This document shows positions 28,752 through 38,864 of a DNA stretch of 64,000 bases, in pieces. The notes under the pieces were generated by a model. It saw only the letters and a list, made by a program, of their open reading frames with translations, did not search any database and was not told the origin of the DNA. Location: sequence record MZ501268.1, one strand, 5' to 3'. Each line of letters opens with the position of its first letter. Positions within the stretch are counted from its first letter, which is position 1. A program made the position numbers and the translations under genes.

Positions 28752-31244
28752 ATGCTGATCAAGTTTATTGAGCTATACAATTATCAGCGATTGAAGAACA
28801 AAGGGATCAATCGCATCAGCCTGACCTTTACGGAAGTCGTGCAAGTTATCCTGGGAAAGAACGGCAGTGGCAAGTCATCGCTGATTCGTGAGCTGTCTCC
28901 ATTGCCGCCAGCAAATGACGAATATGACAAAGATGGCTACAAGCATATCGTCATTGAGCATAAAGGTGCGGAGTATGAACTGTACTCGCAGCCCGGGTCA
29001 CCTTCGCGCCATACCTTCAAACGTAATGGCGAAGACCTGAATGAAAGCATGACCATGAATGCCCAGAAGATTCTGGTTAAGGAACACTTCGGGTATACTG
29101 CTGAAATTCATGAAGTCTTGCTTGGAATGGTAAACGGGATCTCCTTTACTACCATGACGCCTCAAAAGCGCCGTGAATGGTTTACCATGCTGCACCCGAC
29201 TGACCTGAGTTATGTCATTGAACTACACCAGGTATTGAAGGTAATGCTGCGGGATGCCAAAGGCGGGATCAAGACCGGTAACCAACACATCACCGAGCTT
29301 TATGGTCAGCGTAAAGAAGGGATGACTATCGAAGGGCAGCAATCACAGCTGGATGACATTCAACGTCGTCGTGATGGTATTGCCCGCTTTATCTCTGATG
29401 AACTGGCTGGGAAGAACTTCCAGCAAGAGATTGATAATGACATGTATCGGTTAAAAGATCTGGCTGAGCGTTTTCAGACCAATCCCCCGATTCTGTCTCA
29501 GCCGTATCAGTCTCGTCAGGATATCCTATCAGCCTTAGAACAATGCCGTGGTGAACTGAGTAAGTTAGAGTTCGCCCATAAGACCCACAGCAACGAATTG
29601 GCTGAGTTGGCAAAAAATGAGATCTTTAGCAGCGGTAATGCTGAGAAAGATAAAGCCGAGCTTGAAGTGTCTAAGGTGGCAATTGCCGAACACTTAGAAC
29701 AAAGCCGAGCTGCGCATGAGGATGCCTTGCGTCGTTTAGGGGATAACCCTTTATGGCAAAAGATGTATGCGATGCCGTTTGACCAAGTGCGTGTGGTATT
29801 AGGACAGCTGGAGCAGTTGATCGACTATCTGGTGCGTATGGTGCCGTTGGAAGATCGTACAGTCACCACCATGTTCTATGACCGTGCACGCCGTGGGCAA
29901 TATGACCTGTCGGTAATGATCGATGGGTTAGAGCAAAAAGACAAGAAGCTGTCACATCAACTGGCACATTTCGAATCCACAGATAAGACTGAATGTCCGT
30001 CCTGTCACCACCGTTGGATCCCAGGGATCTCTGAGCATCAGATGAAGGATGTGAAGAATCAGCATGCGGCAATCAACATTGAACTGACCACGACTCGTGA
30101 GCGGCTTAAGCGTTGTGAAGCGTACCTGAGTGAAAACGAAAGCTGGTATCAGGCAGCTACGGCTTATCTGCGTTATACCGACACTATGCCGGAATGTCGT
30201 GAGATCTTCGAATGGATGCTGGCAAACGATGTGCTGTACTTGGCCAACCGTGATTTCGCCAGCATTCTCCCAACCATCAAGCACGGTATCCTCAGTCGTG
30301 AAGCCTTGTCTTCTGACGAGCAACGTTTAGTGCAGATTGAAAACAAACTCAAGCTGTTTACTGATGATGCCATTGAATGGGGTAAACGTCGTTATGATGA
30401 GCATGAGACTGCACTGAGTCGTGTAATCGAACGCACCAAGGAAGTTCAACGGGATGTCGCTATCCTGACGAAAGACTTGCGGTTGGTCGATGATGGTTTG
30501 ATGATGGCTGAGATTGCGAAGGCGTCGATGGAAGGAGTGCGGGTCAATACAGGGTTGTTGGCGAAGCAAGCAATTGCAAATACCGCTAACGATGAATACC
30601 GGGTATTGGGTGATCAGCACAAGTCCATCACAGCAGGCCTCTATAACGCCCGCTCGTTGGAGTCGACCATTGCCAGCACTGAGTCTCACATTCAGTCGTT
30701 AAAGCTCTCTAAAGACGCCCTAGAGCTTCTGGTGAAGGCTACGTCACCTACGGAAGGCATCCCCGCTGAACAGCTGTCTGAATTCATTGAAACCTTCGTC
30801 GGTAACATGAATGCAATCATTGCTGATATCTGGGATGACAACCTGCAGATCAAACCGTGCAACATGGAAAACGGCGATCTCTCCTTTAAGTTCCCCTTGA
30901 TGTCGGGTGACTTTGAAGGCGGGGCTAAAGATGTTTCTGAATCATCCACGGGTGAAGCACAGATCATCAATTACGTCTTCCGGTTGGTAGTGATGCAGTA
31001 TCTCGGCTTTGAGCAGTATCCGTTGGTTATGGATGAAGCCGGTGCTAACTTTGACGAAGCACACCGACCTGCGTTAATGAACTACATCAAACGGGCATCT
31101 GAATCTGGGGTGTATTCACAGATCTTCTTGATCTCTCACTATATCGCCCAGCACGGAGTATTGACTCATGCAGAGACCTGCGCCTTGTCTAACGACGGTG
31201 TGGCTTTGCCGGAGCATTACAACGACCATGTGGTGATCGAATAA
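28752..31244 (+). CDS. sbcC: SbcC/Rad50-like SMC ATPase
   Basis: Walker A GKNGSGKSS, coiled coils with CPSC zinc hook, signature SSTGE, Walker B LVMDE, H-loop ISH. Confidence 0.92.
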   Translation: MLIKFIELYNYQRLKNKGINRISLTFTEVVQVILGKNGSGKSSLIRELSPLPPANDEYDKDGYKHIVIEHKGAEYELYSQPGSPSRHTFKRNGEDLNESMTMNAQKILVKEHFGYTAEIHEVLLGMVNGISFTTMTPQKRREWFTMLHPTDLSYVIELHQVLKVMLRDAKGGIKTGNQHITELYGQRKEGMTIEGQQSQLDDIQRRRDGIARFISDELAGKNFQQEIDNDMYRLKDLAERFQTNPPILSQPYQSRQDILSALEQCRGELSKLEFAHKTHSNELAELAKNEIFSSGNAEKDKAELEVSKVAIAEHLEQSRAAHEDALRRLGDNPLWQKMYAMPFDQVRVVLGQLEQLIDYLVRMVPLEDRTVTTMFYDRARRGQYDLSVMIDGLEQKDKKLSHQLAHFESTDKTECPSCHHRWIPGISEHQMKDVKNQHAAINIELTTTRERLKRCEAYLSENESWYQAATAYLRYTDTMPECREIFEWMLANDVLYLANRDFASILPTIKHGILSREALSSDEQRLVQIENKLKLFTDDAIEWGKRRYDEHETALSRVIERTKEVQRDVAILTKDLRLVDDGLMMAEIAKASMEGVRVNTGLLAKQAIANTANDEYRVLGDQHKSITAGLYNARSLESTIASTESHIQSLKLSKDALELLVKATSPTEGIPAEQLSEFIETFVGNMNAIIADIWDDNLQIKPCNMENGDLSFKFPLMSGDFEGGAKDVSESSTGEAQIINYVFRLVVMQYLGFEQYPLVMDEAGANFDEAHRPALMNYIKRASESGVYSQIFLISHYIAQHGVLTHAETCALSNDGVALPEHYNDHVVIE

Positions 31245-31266
31245 TAATTAGATAAGGGGTATAATT

Positions 31267-32643
31267 GTGTCGTCTATTCCTGCTAACTTGTATTACGGTC
31301 CGGAGGTTCCGGACGACGCAATTCCCGGTGCTGTCTTTAATGATGGTGTCTGTTTATATCGCGGTGGCGAGCATGGCTGGCTATATATGTGTCATGTGAA
31401 CGTTGCTGCGCAAGACAAAGACGGTTTAGCAGCTTATGCTGCCGAACCAAGCGAAGACACCATCGCTTGTCTGAACTCACCCATGTGCGTTTACAAAGAC
31501 AAGCAGTGGCTTATCTTGCAGGGTGATCCTGAGATTGTCCCTCTCAGTCACATTTATGCAGATTACGACGAAGTGCTTAGTGTCCAGCCACCGAATGACT
31601 CAGTTGTTTTGATCGTCGAACAGGAAGGCATGTACAGTTGGGATTCAGTCAACGTTACACTGGCGTTGTATCTTGACGGTAAGCTGTATCCCTTTGATTA
31701 CGAGCGATACCACACCCGTAATTGGTTATACGGTTACATGCAAGGATATATTACCGATAGGAGGTTGTCTGTGAAATCATATCTTGAACTGGATATGACG
31801 GCGCGCTTTGTCGTCAATACTGACGTCCTGCCTGAGCCGGGTGCCATTTGGGTGGACGGTGACTTTAATCAGTTTATGTTCAGAGCAACACGCGTCTGGG
31901 AATTTATAGGGAAACTCCCTTTTCAGTTTAAAGGCAGTATGGTCAGTGGGATGGATGTCCTGCGGCGTGTGGGTGCGAATGACAACGGGGATACTTATAT
32001 TGTTGATAACTTCCTCTACGTCTACAACAAGATCGTCAATCGCTTCGTGGTGATTCAGGCCGCGCCAGGTAGTGACAATCTGCCGTTTGATCTGTTCTTA
32101 GAAGGGGCGCTGGAACCCATTCCCATTCAGGGGATCTATCGCCGGAACGTCGACCCATTACCTTCTGAGCCAAACGGCTGTGGTTACCTGGTGATTAATG
32201 AAGACGGGACACACAACGTTTATAACCAGTTTGGGTTGCTGATCGAATGTTCATTTGATGAAGCTTCAGAAGAACGGGGTGATCGCACGCCAGTGGTCGT
32301 GTTGGGTGACCGCAATTACCTTCAGCTGTGTTACAGTATCGAAGGTGTCGAGCCAACAGAAGGGGATGTGTGGCTTAACGGTAAAGTATTGCATACCTTC
32401 TATAAACACGCTTGGGTACCGCTGCCTATCGGCGTACTGTACTCTGCCCGCCATACACGACTGCGTGATAAAGTGAACGAAGTCAAGGCACGCATCGCCG
32501 ATGAGAAGATCGCCCATGTGATGGCTAACGACTACGATCGTTTATTCGACGAACAAGCCAAGAAATACAACCCAGCGACCCGCGTAGAAGCGCCGGTTAA
32601 AAAGCCCCGTACCTGGTGGCGACGTTTATGGTCTAAATCTTAG
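31267..32643 (+). CDS. hypothetical protein with degenerate G-D/W-containing repeats
   Basis: 458 aa; repeats such as PGAIWVDGD..WEFIG, NGDTYIVDNFLYVY, EGDVWLNG..YKHAW; ends WWRRLWSKS. Confidence 0.6.
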   Translation: MSSIPANLYYGPEVPDDAIPGAVFNDGVCLYRGGEHGWLYMCHVNVAAQDKDGLAAYAAEPSEDTIACLNSPMCVYKDKQWLILQGDPEIVPLSHIYADYDEVLSVQPPNDSVVLIVEQEGMYSWDSVNVTLALYLDGKLYPFDYERYHTRNWLYGYMQGYITDRRLSVKSYLELDMTARFVVNTDVLPEPGAIWVDGDFNQFMFRATRVWEFIGKLPFQFKGSMVSGMDVLRRVGANDNGDTYIVDNFLYVYNKIVNRFVVIQAAPGSDNLPFDLFLEGALEPIPIQGIYRRNVDPLPSEPNGCGYLVINEDGTHNVYNQFGLLIECSFDEASEERGDRTPVVVLGDRNYLQLCYSIEGVEPTEGDVWLNGKVLHTFYKHAWVPLPIGVLYSARHTRLRDKVNEVKARIADEKIAHVMANDYDRLFDEQAKKYNPATRVEAPVKKPRTWWRRLWSKS

Positions 32644-32656
32644 ATCATTTTATTCC

Positions 32657-32664
32657 TACATTAC
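32657..32664 (+). promoter_or_regulatory. candidate early promoter (TACATTAC)
   Basis: One mismatch to the phiKZ early consensus TATATTAC, in an AT-rich gap 27 nt upstream of an ORF. Confidence 0.4.
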
Positions 32665-32691
32665 AAGACTGGTATAGTCATCGAGGTTTTC

Positions 32692-33036
32692 ATGTTAGTG
32701 ATCTTACCTATTGGTAACCTGGGTATGCGTATTAATAATGCGTTACAAGTTACCGATTATGTATTCTCGCCGCAAGAGATTGCTGACGCTGCAGTGCAAT
32801 ACATCAATGGTGATGTTGACTGTGCGATGGACCATCTCTTTCGTGAGATCAATGCATTAGATGAAACCTTCGTTGACCTGCCCTATGCCACGCCTTCTGA
32901 TCAAGTCTTAAAGAAAGTCATTGGTCATGTTGGACGTGAAATCAATTCCAGTCTATTTAACCTTTACCGCGATGTATGTATCCCCCGTTTTGTCAGTGCG
33001 GGAGAACACCACATTACGTTAACCGTCGAACTGTAG
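32692..33036 (+). CDS. hypothetical protein
   Basis: 114-aa ORF, GAGG RBS. Confidence 0.6.
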   Translation: MLVILPIGNLGMRINNALQVTDYVFSPQEIADAAVQYINGDVDCAMDHLFREINALDETFVDLPYATPSDQVLKKVIGHVGREINSSLFNLYRDVCIPRFVSAGEHHITLTVEL

Positions 33037-33044
33037 GAGTTCTT

Positions 33045-33605
33045 ATGAGCAGGATTGAAAATCAACCATACCACATCTACCAGTACAAGCCTGCCTTCGG
33101 CACGGCACTCAACCGTACCCTGTACGAGAAACCCGCTATCAACGAACTGTTACCCGAATCTGTTAAAAGTGATGAGGAAGACAGTGTCGCTGCCTCCCGG
33201 AGAATCGCTATGGCACTCGCGCACCAACAAGACTTCCTATTACTTTTCAAAGACCGTGCAAAAGAATGCACCGATGGTTTTGATAAGTGGCGGATGATTG
33301 AAACCAATAACCCCTTCTTCGAACAAACTGCCCGTCAGCGTTTAGTCGGTACTGCAGTTGAGATATACCAATCAGTCTCAGGCGAAGAAGTCAGTGAAGC
33401 GACTAAACGTGAACTGATCACCTGGGCTGAAACCAACAAGATCATTATCATCAACCACGTCGTTGGGATGCAACTCTTCCACCGCATCACTAACAAGACC
33501 CCGGCAGATACCTTGCTGGAGTTCACCGGTGGCCGTCGTCCAGGTATGGAAAGTATCATGTTTTCCTTCAAAATCCCTGGGGCCAAACATCCTTATTCTA
33601 TGTAA
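33045..33605 (+). CDS. hypothetical protein
   Basis: ATG 33045 after TAGGAG. Confidence 0.6.
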   Translation: MSRIENQPYHIYQYKPAFGTALNRTLYEKPAINELLPESVKSDEEDSVAASRRIAMALAHQQDFLLLFKDRAKECTDGFDKWRMIETNNPFFEQTARQRLVGTAVEIYQSVSGEEVSEATKRELITWAETNKIIIINHVVGMQLFHRITNKTPADTLLEFTGGRRPGMESIMFSFKIPGAKHPYSM

Positions 33606-33611
33606 GGTGTC

Positions 33612-33944
33612 GTGATGAAGCTGCAATATCACGCTATCATCCCTATTCCCTCTATGCCGATCGTTTGTCAGCGCTACGATATTACGCATGAGGGATTAGC
33701 CAGGATGATCATCGAATCGTTAGAGGGTAATGATTATCAGGTGATGCGGCGTGTACAGGAACTCCCGTGTGTAACCGATCCGGATATGGCACATCACGTG
33801 CTAAATGCGATGAACATTGCACTCGGTGAGTTCTTGGACTTTATGCCTGAAATGGGTTTAGGTCAACATATTCGGGATATCTATTTGATAGCAGCCCATC
33901 CATTAACCGTCCATGTCGGGTTTTCGATATGTGATGATGAGTAA
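33612..33944 (+). CDS. hypothetical protein
   Basis: 110-aa ORF tiled between neighbours. Confidence 0.55.
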   Translation: MMKLQYHAIIPIPSMPIVCQRYDITHEGLARMIIESLEGNDYQVMRRVQELPCVTDPDMAHHVLNAMNIALGEFLDFMPEMGLGQHIRDIYLIAAHPLTVHVGFSICDDE

Positions 33945-34377
33945 CATCATGACAGCATATAACGAGCATCACATTCTTTGTATCGTCCAATCGGATGAGG
34001 CAAACAAAGCTTGGGCTGAGTTTTCTCAGCTTGTTATGGATAACCCAGAGTTCCAAATAAACCGACAGGCGTTTGATGACGTCTTGAACCTAATCCTTGC
34101 CACCCGTGTTAATGACGTAGCAGCAATGGATGAAGCCCGAGAGCAGATTCAAAAAGCGGCGAGCAAACCGCTCAGTGAAGAAGCAATCAATTGGTTTATC
34201 GACGCGATAGATGATATCGCTGCGGCATTAAAGAAAGCAATACCGTTTCTGACTCCGTCCTGTCCGGGACTGATCACGAAATGTGCGCTTTTGAATCACA
34301 GCAACCGTAACTTCGTTATGAAGGTTACTATTCTTGAACCATTACCTAAGGAGAATTGGACAGTTACTCACTTCTGA
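33934..34377 (+). CDS. hypothetical protein
   Basis: Overlaps the upstream stop (translational coupling). Confidence 0.55.
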   Translation: MMSNIMTAYNEHHILCIVQSDEANKAWAEFSQLVMDNPEFQINRQAFDDVLNLILATRVNDVAAMDEAREQIQKAASKPLSEEAINWFIDAIDDIAAALKKAIPFLTPSCPGLITKCALLNHSNRNFVMKVTILEPLPKENWTVTHF

Positions 34378-34450
34378 TTGTTGGGGAAGTGACCAGGCCG
34401 TGGGGGTATAAACCTCCATTTAAAGAACCACGACTCGGTAAAAACCTAAA

Positions 34451-35215
34451 ATGAAAAAGATCACAGCGATCCTTCACTCCATGGTGCTTTTAGCACTCTT
34501 GTTCGTAGCGCAGTCCACAACAGTCCATGCGAGCACTTCTACTGCTAAAGCCGTAGAGTTCAACCAGGAAGGTTGGGATAAATATAAATCCACTTTAACG
34601 AAAGCGTCAATCGCTTCTGGGGTATCGGTCACCGACCTGGTTATCTTTACATCTATTGAGTCTGACTTCAAAGCCAAAGCCAGTAATCGTTCTGGCAGTG
34701 GGGCCGGCGGACTTACGCAGTTTGTTCCAAGTACTTGGCGTGCGATGGTGAACACTCACCACAAAAAGTACGGGTTAAGCAAAAACGTGTCTCGTTTTAA
34801 TGCCTATGCTAATGCGGTTATGACTGCAGAATACATTAAACAGAACAGGGGCCTTCTACAACAGGCACTAAAACGGGAGATCACCACTACCGATGTATAC
34901 ATGGCACACTTCCTTGGCCCTGGCACTGCGATCCAGGTATTAAAAGCCAAAGGCAACCGCCCGATCACTTCTGTTGTCAGAGCGACAAAAGGGAATGCCC
35001 GCTTATTCTACAACAAGGGTCGGCCTATTTCGGTTGCGCAGTTCAAAACCAATGTAGCACGTAAAGTGGCTAACCATCGCCAGACCTATAAGCCGGTGGC
35101 GACAAAGTACGCTGTACGATACGAGCAAAATCAACAGCTCAATGCGCTTATCGCTAAAGTCAATGATAAGCCAGTACGATTAGGGTACAGCACCGCATTC
35201 GTCAGGGAAATGTAA
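34451..35215 (+). CDS. lytic transglycosylase (SLT; phiKZ gp144-like catalytic domain) with Sec signal peptide; endolysin candidate
   Basis: IESDF (catalytic E), GLTQFVPSTW, YMAHFLGPG; N-terminus MKK plus hydrophobic core plus VHA cleavage site. Confidence 0.85.
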   Translation: MKKITAILHSMVLLALLFVAQSTTVHASTSTAKAVEFNQEGWDKYKSTLTKASIASGVSVTDLVIFTSIESDFKAKASNRSGSGAGGLTQFVPSTWRAMVNTHHKKYGLSKNVSRFNAYANAVMTAEYIKQNRGLLQQALKREITTTDVYMAHFLGPGTAIQVLKAKGNRPITSVVRATKGNARLFYNKGRPISVAQFKTNVARKVANHRQTYKPVATKYAVRYEQNQQLNALIAKVNDKPVRLGYSTAFVREM

Positions 35216-35246
35216 AACCCGACATATATAGATGATATTATACATT

Positions 35247-35277
35247 GGGAGGGACGCAGGTCTCTCCCTTTATGCCG
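35247..35277 (+). terminator. hairpin terminator with TTTATGCCG tail
   Basis: GGGAGGGAC-GCAG-GTCTCTCCC-TTTATGCCG. Confidence 0.8.
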
Positions 35278-35310
35278 TGTCCGTTAATTTAACCCGCAAG
35301 GAGCTTGTGT

Positions 35311-35730
35311 ATGAAAGATTTACCCCGCCCACTGAATACGGGCAGCAACCTGATCACCACTGAACCCCGCTCGCCGATTAGTACGAATAAGCTGCTGATT
35401 AGCGACAGCCAGATGCACGCCTTGGTGAGTATGGATATTGTTGATTTAAATAGACTGACCTGGGAAGCGACGGTCTATGCGGATAACGGCATTGAGGCTG
35501 TTGTGATTAACCCAATGTTTATTGAGATGGCGTGTTACATCCAGCTCATGACGTATATGCGTGATCCCAACTGGATGCGTAACGAGCTTACTAACGCCAC
35601 AGCAATCCTGAAGGTGACAGGCAACAAACACCCCAGTCGTATCGAGGCCTGCGTGTATATGCAGAACTGCGGTGTGGTGCATGTGAAGCGACCAATCACT
35701 GCATTCGCAAAAGCCCTCTATATGTCTTAA
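35311..35730 (+). CDS. hypothetical protein
   Basis: ATG after AAGGAG. Confidence 0.6.
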   Translation: MKDLPRPLNTGSNLITTEPRSPISTNKLLISDSQMHALVSMDIVDLNRLTWEATVYADNGIEAVVINPMFIEMACYIQLMTYMRDPNWMRNELTNATAILKVTGNKHPSRIEACVYMQNCGVVHVKRPITAFAKALYMS

Positions 35731-35775
35731 TGAACAAACCCCTTCTATTATCTGTCGATTAACCCGGAGTCTGTT

Positions 35776-36219
35776 ATGTACCAAGTTCCTTCATTCGGTA
35801 AAGTAATTAACCCTGAATTATCCCACGATGTCATGTTGATGTCAAATGAGCAGCTGGGGCGTTACTCTGTTGCGGCTTTTGATCTGATGGCATTGAACAA
35901 CACCATTTACTACGGCGAGTTCGGTAGCTACGTCACCCCTACCAAAGATGCTTTCATGACAGCATACCTGCAACGTGGACCGACACCTGAAGAAGTCGCG
36001 CAGTATATTGTCGTGCGCTCCAGTGAAGTGGCCTGTATGGTGGATTCGATCTACCGTAATGATAAGGGTGATCTGATGGGACGTTTGATCCCGTATGGTC
36101 CGCATGGCGAGAAACTTGCAAAGCTTATGACCGGCAAGAAACTCAAGTACAAAATCTTCCCGCGTTTACGTTGGGAGAATGGCTGGAAGTTTGTAGCTTT
36201 TGATATAGGGTATAAATAA
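35776..36219 (+). CDS. hypothetical protein
   Basis: 147 aa, GGAG RBS. Confidence 0.6.
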   Translation: MYQVPSFGKVINPELSHDVMLMSNEQLGRYSVAAFDLMALNNTIYYGEFGSYVTPTKDAFMTAYLQRGPTPEEVAQYIVVRSSEVACMVDSIYRNDKGDLMGRLIPYGPHGEKLAKLMTGKKLKYKIFPRLRWENGWKFVAFDIGYK

Positions 36220-36548
36220 TGCAATGCTCGAAAAGCTTAGATGATGTGACGCCAACGAAAGGACGTGTTGTACGTTTAAGTGTTACGGGGTATGGGGCAA
36301 TGGGTATGGAAGGGATTGTCATTGACGATCCTAAGCGACGGGTCGGTATGCGGCCTGCTCACCCTAGTCAAAGCTACCACCCCTTTGATGGTCATGTGAA
36401 GTGGTACGAAGTCAAGCGCGTAGAGCAAACCCCAAATGGCTGGTACTATCCGGTGGTCGGATGGTTTGCTTACACAGGCGATGCCACACACTTTATCAAT
36501 AAACTTATCAAGAAGTACAAACTCGATCAGGAAAAACCCCATGAGTGA
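36219..36548 (+). CDS. hypothetical protein
   Basis: TAATG coupling with the upstream gene. Confidence 0.6.
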   Translation: MQCSKSLDDVTPTKGRVVRLSVTGYGAMGMEGIVIDDPKRRVGMRPAHPSQSYHPFDGHVKWYEVKRVEQTPNGWYYPVVGWFAYTGDATHFINKLIKKYKLDQEKPHE

Positions 36549-37023
36549 AATTACAGTTAAAGTCTTCGGTTCTATTCAGGCTGGTAAAACGGCAATCAGT
36601 TCTGTGCTGGACAACGCCCTGCGTGCCAATGGCATCCAGACGCGGATCAAATCAGACTCTGCGCTGTCTTACGTACGCGATGCCAAGAACCACGTGCCGA
36701 ACAACACCACCGTGCTGATCGTTGATGGTGGTAGCTCAGTAGATCGTGAGTTCGGTAACTTTGATACCGACATTCAGATCCGTGGCCGTATCACTCAGAT
36801 CGAAGTGACGCCGGTGAAACTCAACTTCGATGAAGCCCATGCGGTCGAACTGTCTGAAGCGGATGCCTTTGGGGTGTATCGCCGTGAGCACGTTAGCGGG
36901 ACTGATCTTGCTGTGTGGATCGGTGACTTCCGTGATGAACAAGCGGCCATCGAGTGCGCTAACTTACTGGGTACCAAATACGGTACGGTAGTTGACCTGA
37001 CTTACCGCGAGGGTTCCAAATGA
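36541..37023 (+). CDS. hypothetical protein with P-loop-like N-terminus
   Basis: ITVKVFGSIQAGKTAIS; CAGGA RBS. Confidence 0.6.
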   Translation: MSEITVKVFGSIQAGKTAISSVLDNALRANGIQTRIKSDSALSYVRDAKNHVPNNTTVLIVDGGSSVDREFGNFDTDIQIRGRITQIEVTPVKLNFDEAHAVELSEADAFGVYRREHVSGTDLAVWIGDFRDEQAAIECANLLGTKYGTVVDLTYREGSK

Positions 37024-37295
37024 CACAGCATGCATTCAGTGGTGAAATGAAAGACGTATTAACCGTGCTGGAAGGCGAGCTTGAGTTTGCTAAGCTTCAT
37101 CACCCTAATCGTGTAAATACGCTGGTAAAGAACAAATGTTTTACCCTTGCCCGTAAGACCAAATCCCCACACGTTAAACGCGTGCTGCAGTCGATCAGCT
37201 CTGTACCCCTGTCTACCGTTAAGCTTGAAGAGGTCCTGAAACTTTATCACGAAGTGGAACGTGGTGAAGTGGAACTCTCTGTCGTCGCGATATGA
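37020..37295 (+). CDS. hypothetical protein
   Basis: ATGA coupling. Confidence 0.55.
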   Translation: MTQHAFSGEMKDVLTVLEGELEFAKLHHPNRVNTLVKNKCFTLARKTKSPHVKRVLQSISSVPLSTVKLEEVLKLYHEVERGEVELSVVAI

Positions 37296-37768
37296 AAGGA
37301 ATTGATTGGCGTTGGGTCAGTGCATTAAACGAGACTGATTTCAACGCCATGACATTTCTTGCAGTTAAACAGTACTATGCGCAGTCGCTCCATTGGCAGA
37401 AGCTGCGTGTGGACTGGAACACCCCACGACCAGAAACTATCCACAAGTTTATGGCGACCTACGTCAAGCAAGCGGCAATCAAGATCATGATTCGCACCAA
37501 AGATGGGGTGATGATCGGGTTTGTGTTGTTAAGCCTTGAGCGTACGGATAAGGGACAGGTGTGTCACATTGACGAAATGTTTATAGACGAGGCATATCGT
37601 AATAAGGGAATCGGCACAAAGACCCTTATTAAGATTAAGCGCCACGCTGAGAAGCAGAACATCGCTGGATTAACATTAAACGTCAGTGCAGCTAATCCGG
37701 CACGGGGTCTGTATGAACGCATGGGTTTTGAACCGGTGCAGATCAAGTATCAGATGCGGCTGGACTAG
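37292..37768 (+). CDS. GNAT family acetyltransferase
   Basis: IDEMFIDEAYRNKGIGTKTL (motif A R/QxxGxG) and NPARGLYERMGF (motif B). Confidence 0.9.
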   Translation: MKGIDWRWVSALNETDFNAMTFLAVKQYYAQSLHWQKLRVDWNTPRPETIHKFMATYVKQAAIKIMIRTKDGVMIGFVLLSLERTDKGQVCHIDEMFIDEAYRNKGIGTKTLIKIKRHAEKQNIAGLTLNVSAANPARGLYERMGFEPVQIKYQMRLD

Positions 37769-37789
37769 TAGCACAAGAAGGAGGCTGTT

Positions 37790-38344
37790 ATGTCAATTAG
37801 TCGTCTGGAGATAACCCCGAGTATATCCAACGGGTTATCGGTCACTGCCACGACCAGTGTCGGCAAATACAACCTCGGTTTACGTGAAGGGTGTTCTGAG
37901 AAAGGCACCTTTGTTGTCGTACGGGATCGTGTGGTTCGTTTCTATCGTTGGGGTATGCGAACAAAAGGTGTGCAGGCATTATTCGCTGAATGTGGGCTGG
38001 CGCATAATGAGTTGGTGGGGATTGAGGCACTGCTGTGCGCTAATAAGGAATGGGGGTGTGGTCGATTACGTTTCGTGGCGTATATGGCAGGCCCTCCTAC
38101 GCATCGCTGGAGCGAGTACAGCCGCACGAAAGGATATATCCGTGCTGAGTGCCATTACATCATCCACACCAGCGTAAATCGTGCGACAGAGCGTATTACC
38201 GTGACATTGGGTGATTGGGCGGCAAGGCCTCCTTGGCAAGCGCGGATCTCTAAACAACAGTCGTACTCTGCCAACTTTCGAAAAGAGATTGAAGCAGTGA
38301 TGCGCAATGAATTTAAGTACCCTGTTATCTTTAATGAGAATTAA
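37790..38344 (+). CDS. hypothetical protein
   Basis: 184 aa, AGGAGG RBS. Confidence 0.6.
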   Translation: MSISRLEITPSISNGLSVTATTSVGKYNLGLREGCSEKGTFVVVRDRVVRFYRWGMRTKGVQALFAECGLAHNELVGIEALLCANKEWGCGRLRFVAYMAGPPTHRWSEYSRTKGYIRAECHYIIHTSVNRATERITVTLGDWAARPPWQARISKQQSYSANFRKEIEAVMRNEFKYPVIFNEN

Positions 38345-38358
38345 TCTAAGGTGATCGA

Positions 38359-38844
38359 ATGGATATCAATCAGTATCAACCTTCGCGACAGACATTAGTA
38401 TTGTCCGACATGTTCTGTGAATATTTTGGGAAGACCTATCCGTACTACAACTTTGATCTGGGTAACCGAATCTATAAAAAGGTTTGGAAGTCCGTTAACG
38501 GCGCAATTACCACAGACCTCAAAGAGATGGAAGAGTCGCATTACGCCAGCCAGTTGGTTATGGTCGCCAGTGAGTTACTGAAGCTGTTTCCAACCATGAT
38601 GTATAACTCTGACGAATGTAACGGGTTACTCTCAGGGTTGTGTAATGGACGTTGTGTGCAGCTCTTGGATAAAGGGCAGCTTTGCCGAGGGATTGTGACA
38701 TTGCGTGGGGTTGTGTGGATTGATACCTTTGATCACCGTCATTTAGATCCCGATGCATTACATTATGAGGAGATGGCCAGAATCATCAAATCAAACCGAG
38801 ATACCATTAGATTGCAGGTTCTGGCCCTGAAACGTCTTTTATAA
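38359..38844 (+). CDS. hypothetical protein
   Basis: 161 aa, AAGGTG RBS. Confidence 0.6.
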   Translation: MDINQYQPSRQTLVLSDMFCEYFGKTYPYYNFDLGNRIYKKVWKSVNGAITTDLKEMEESHYASQLVMVASELLKLFPTMMYNSDECNGLLSGLCNGRCVQLLDKGQLCRGIVTLRGVVWIDTFDHRHLDPDALHYEEMARIIKSNRDTIRLQVLALKRLL

Positions 38845-38864
38845 CACACGCAGCGAGGTAAGCG

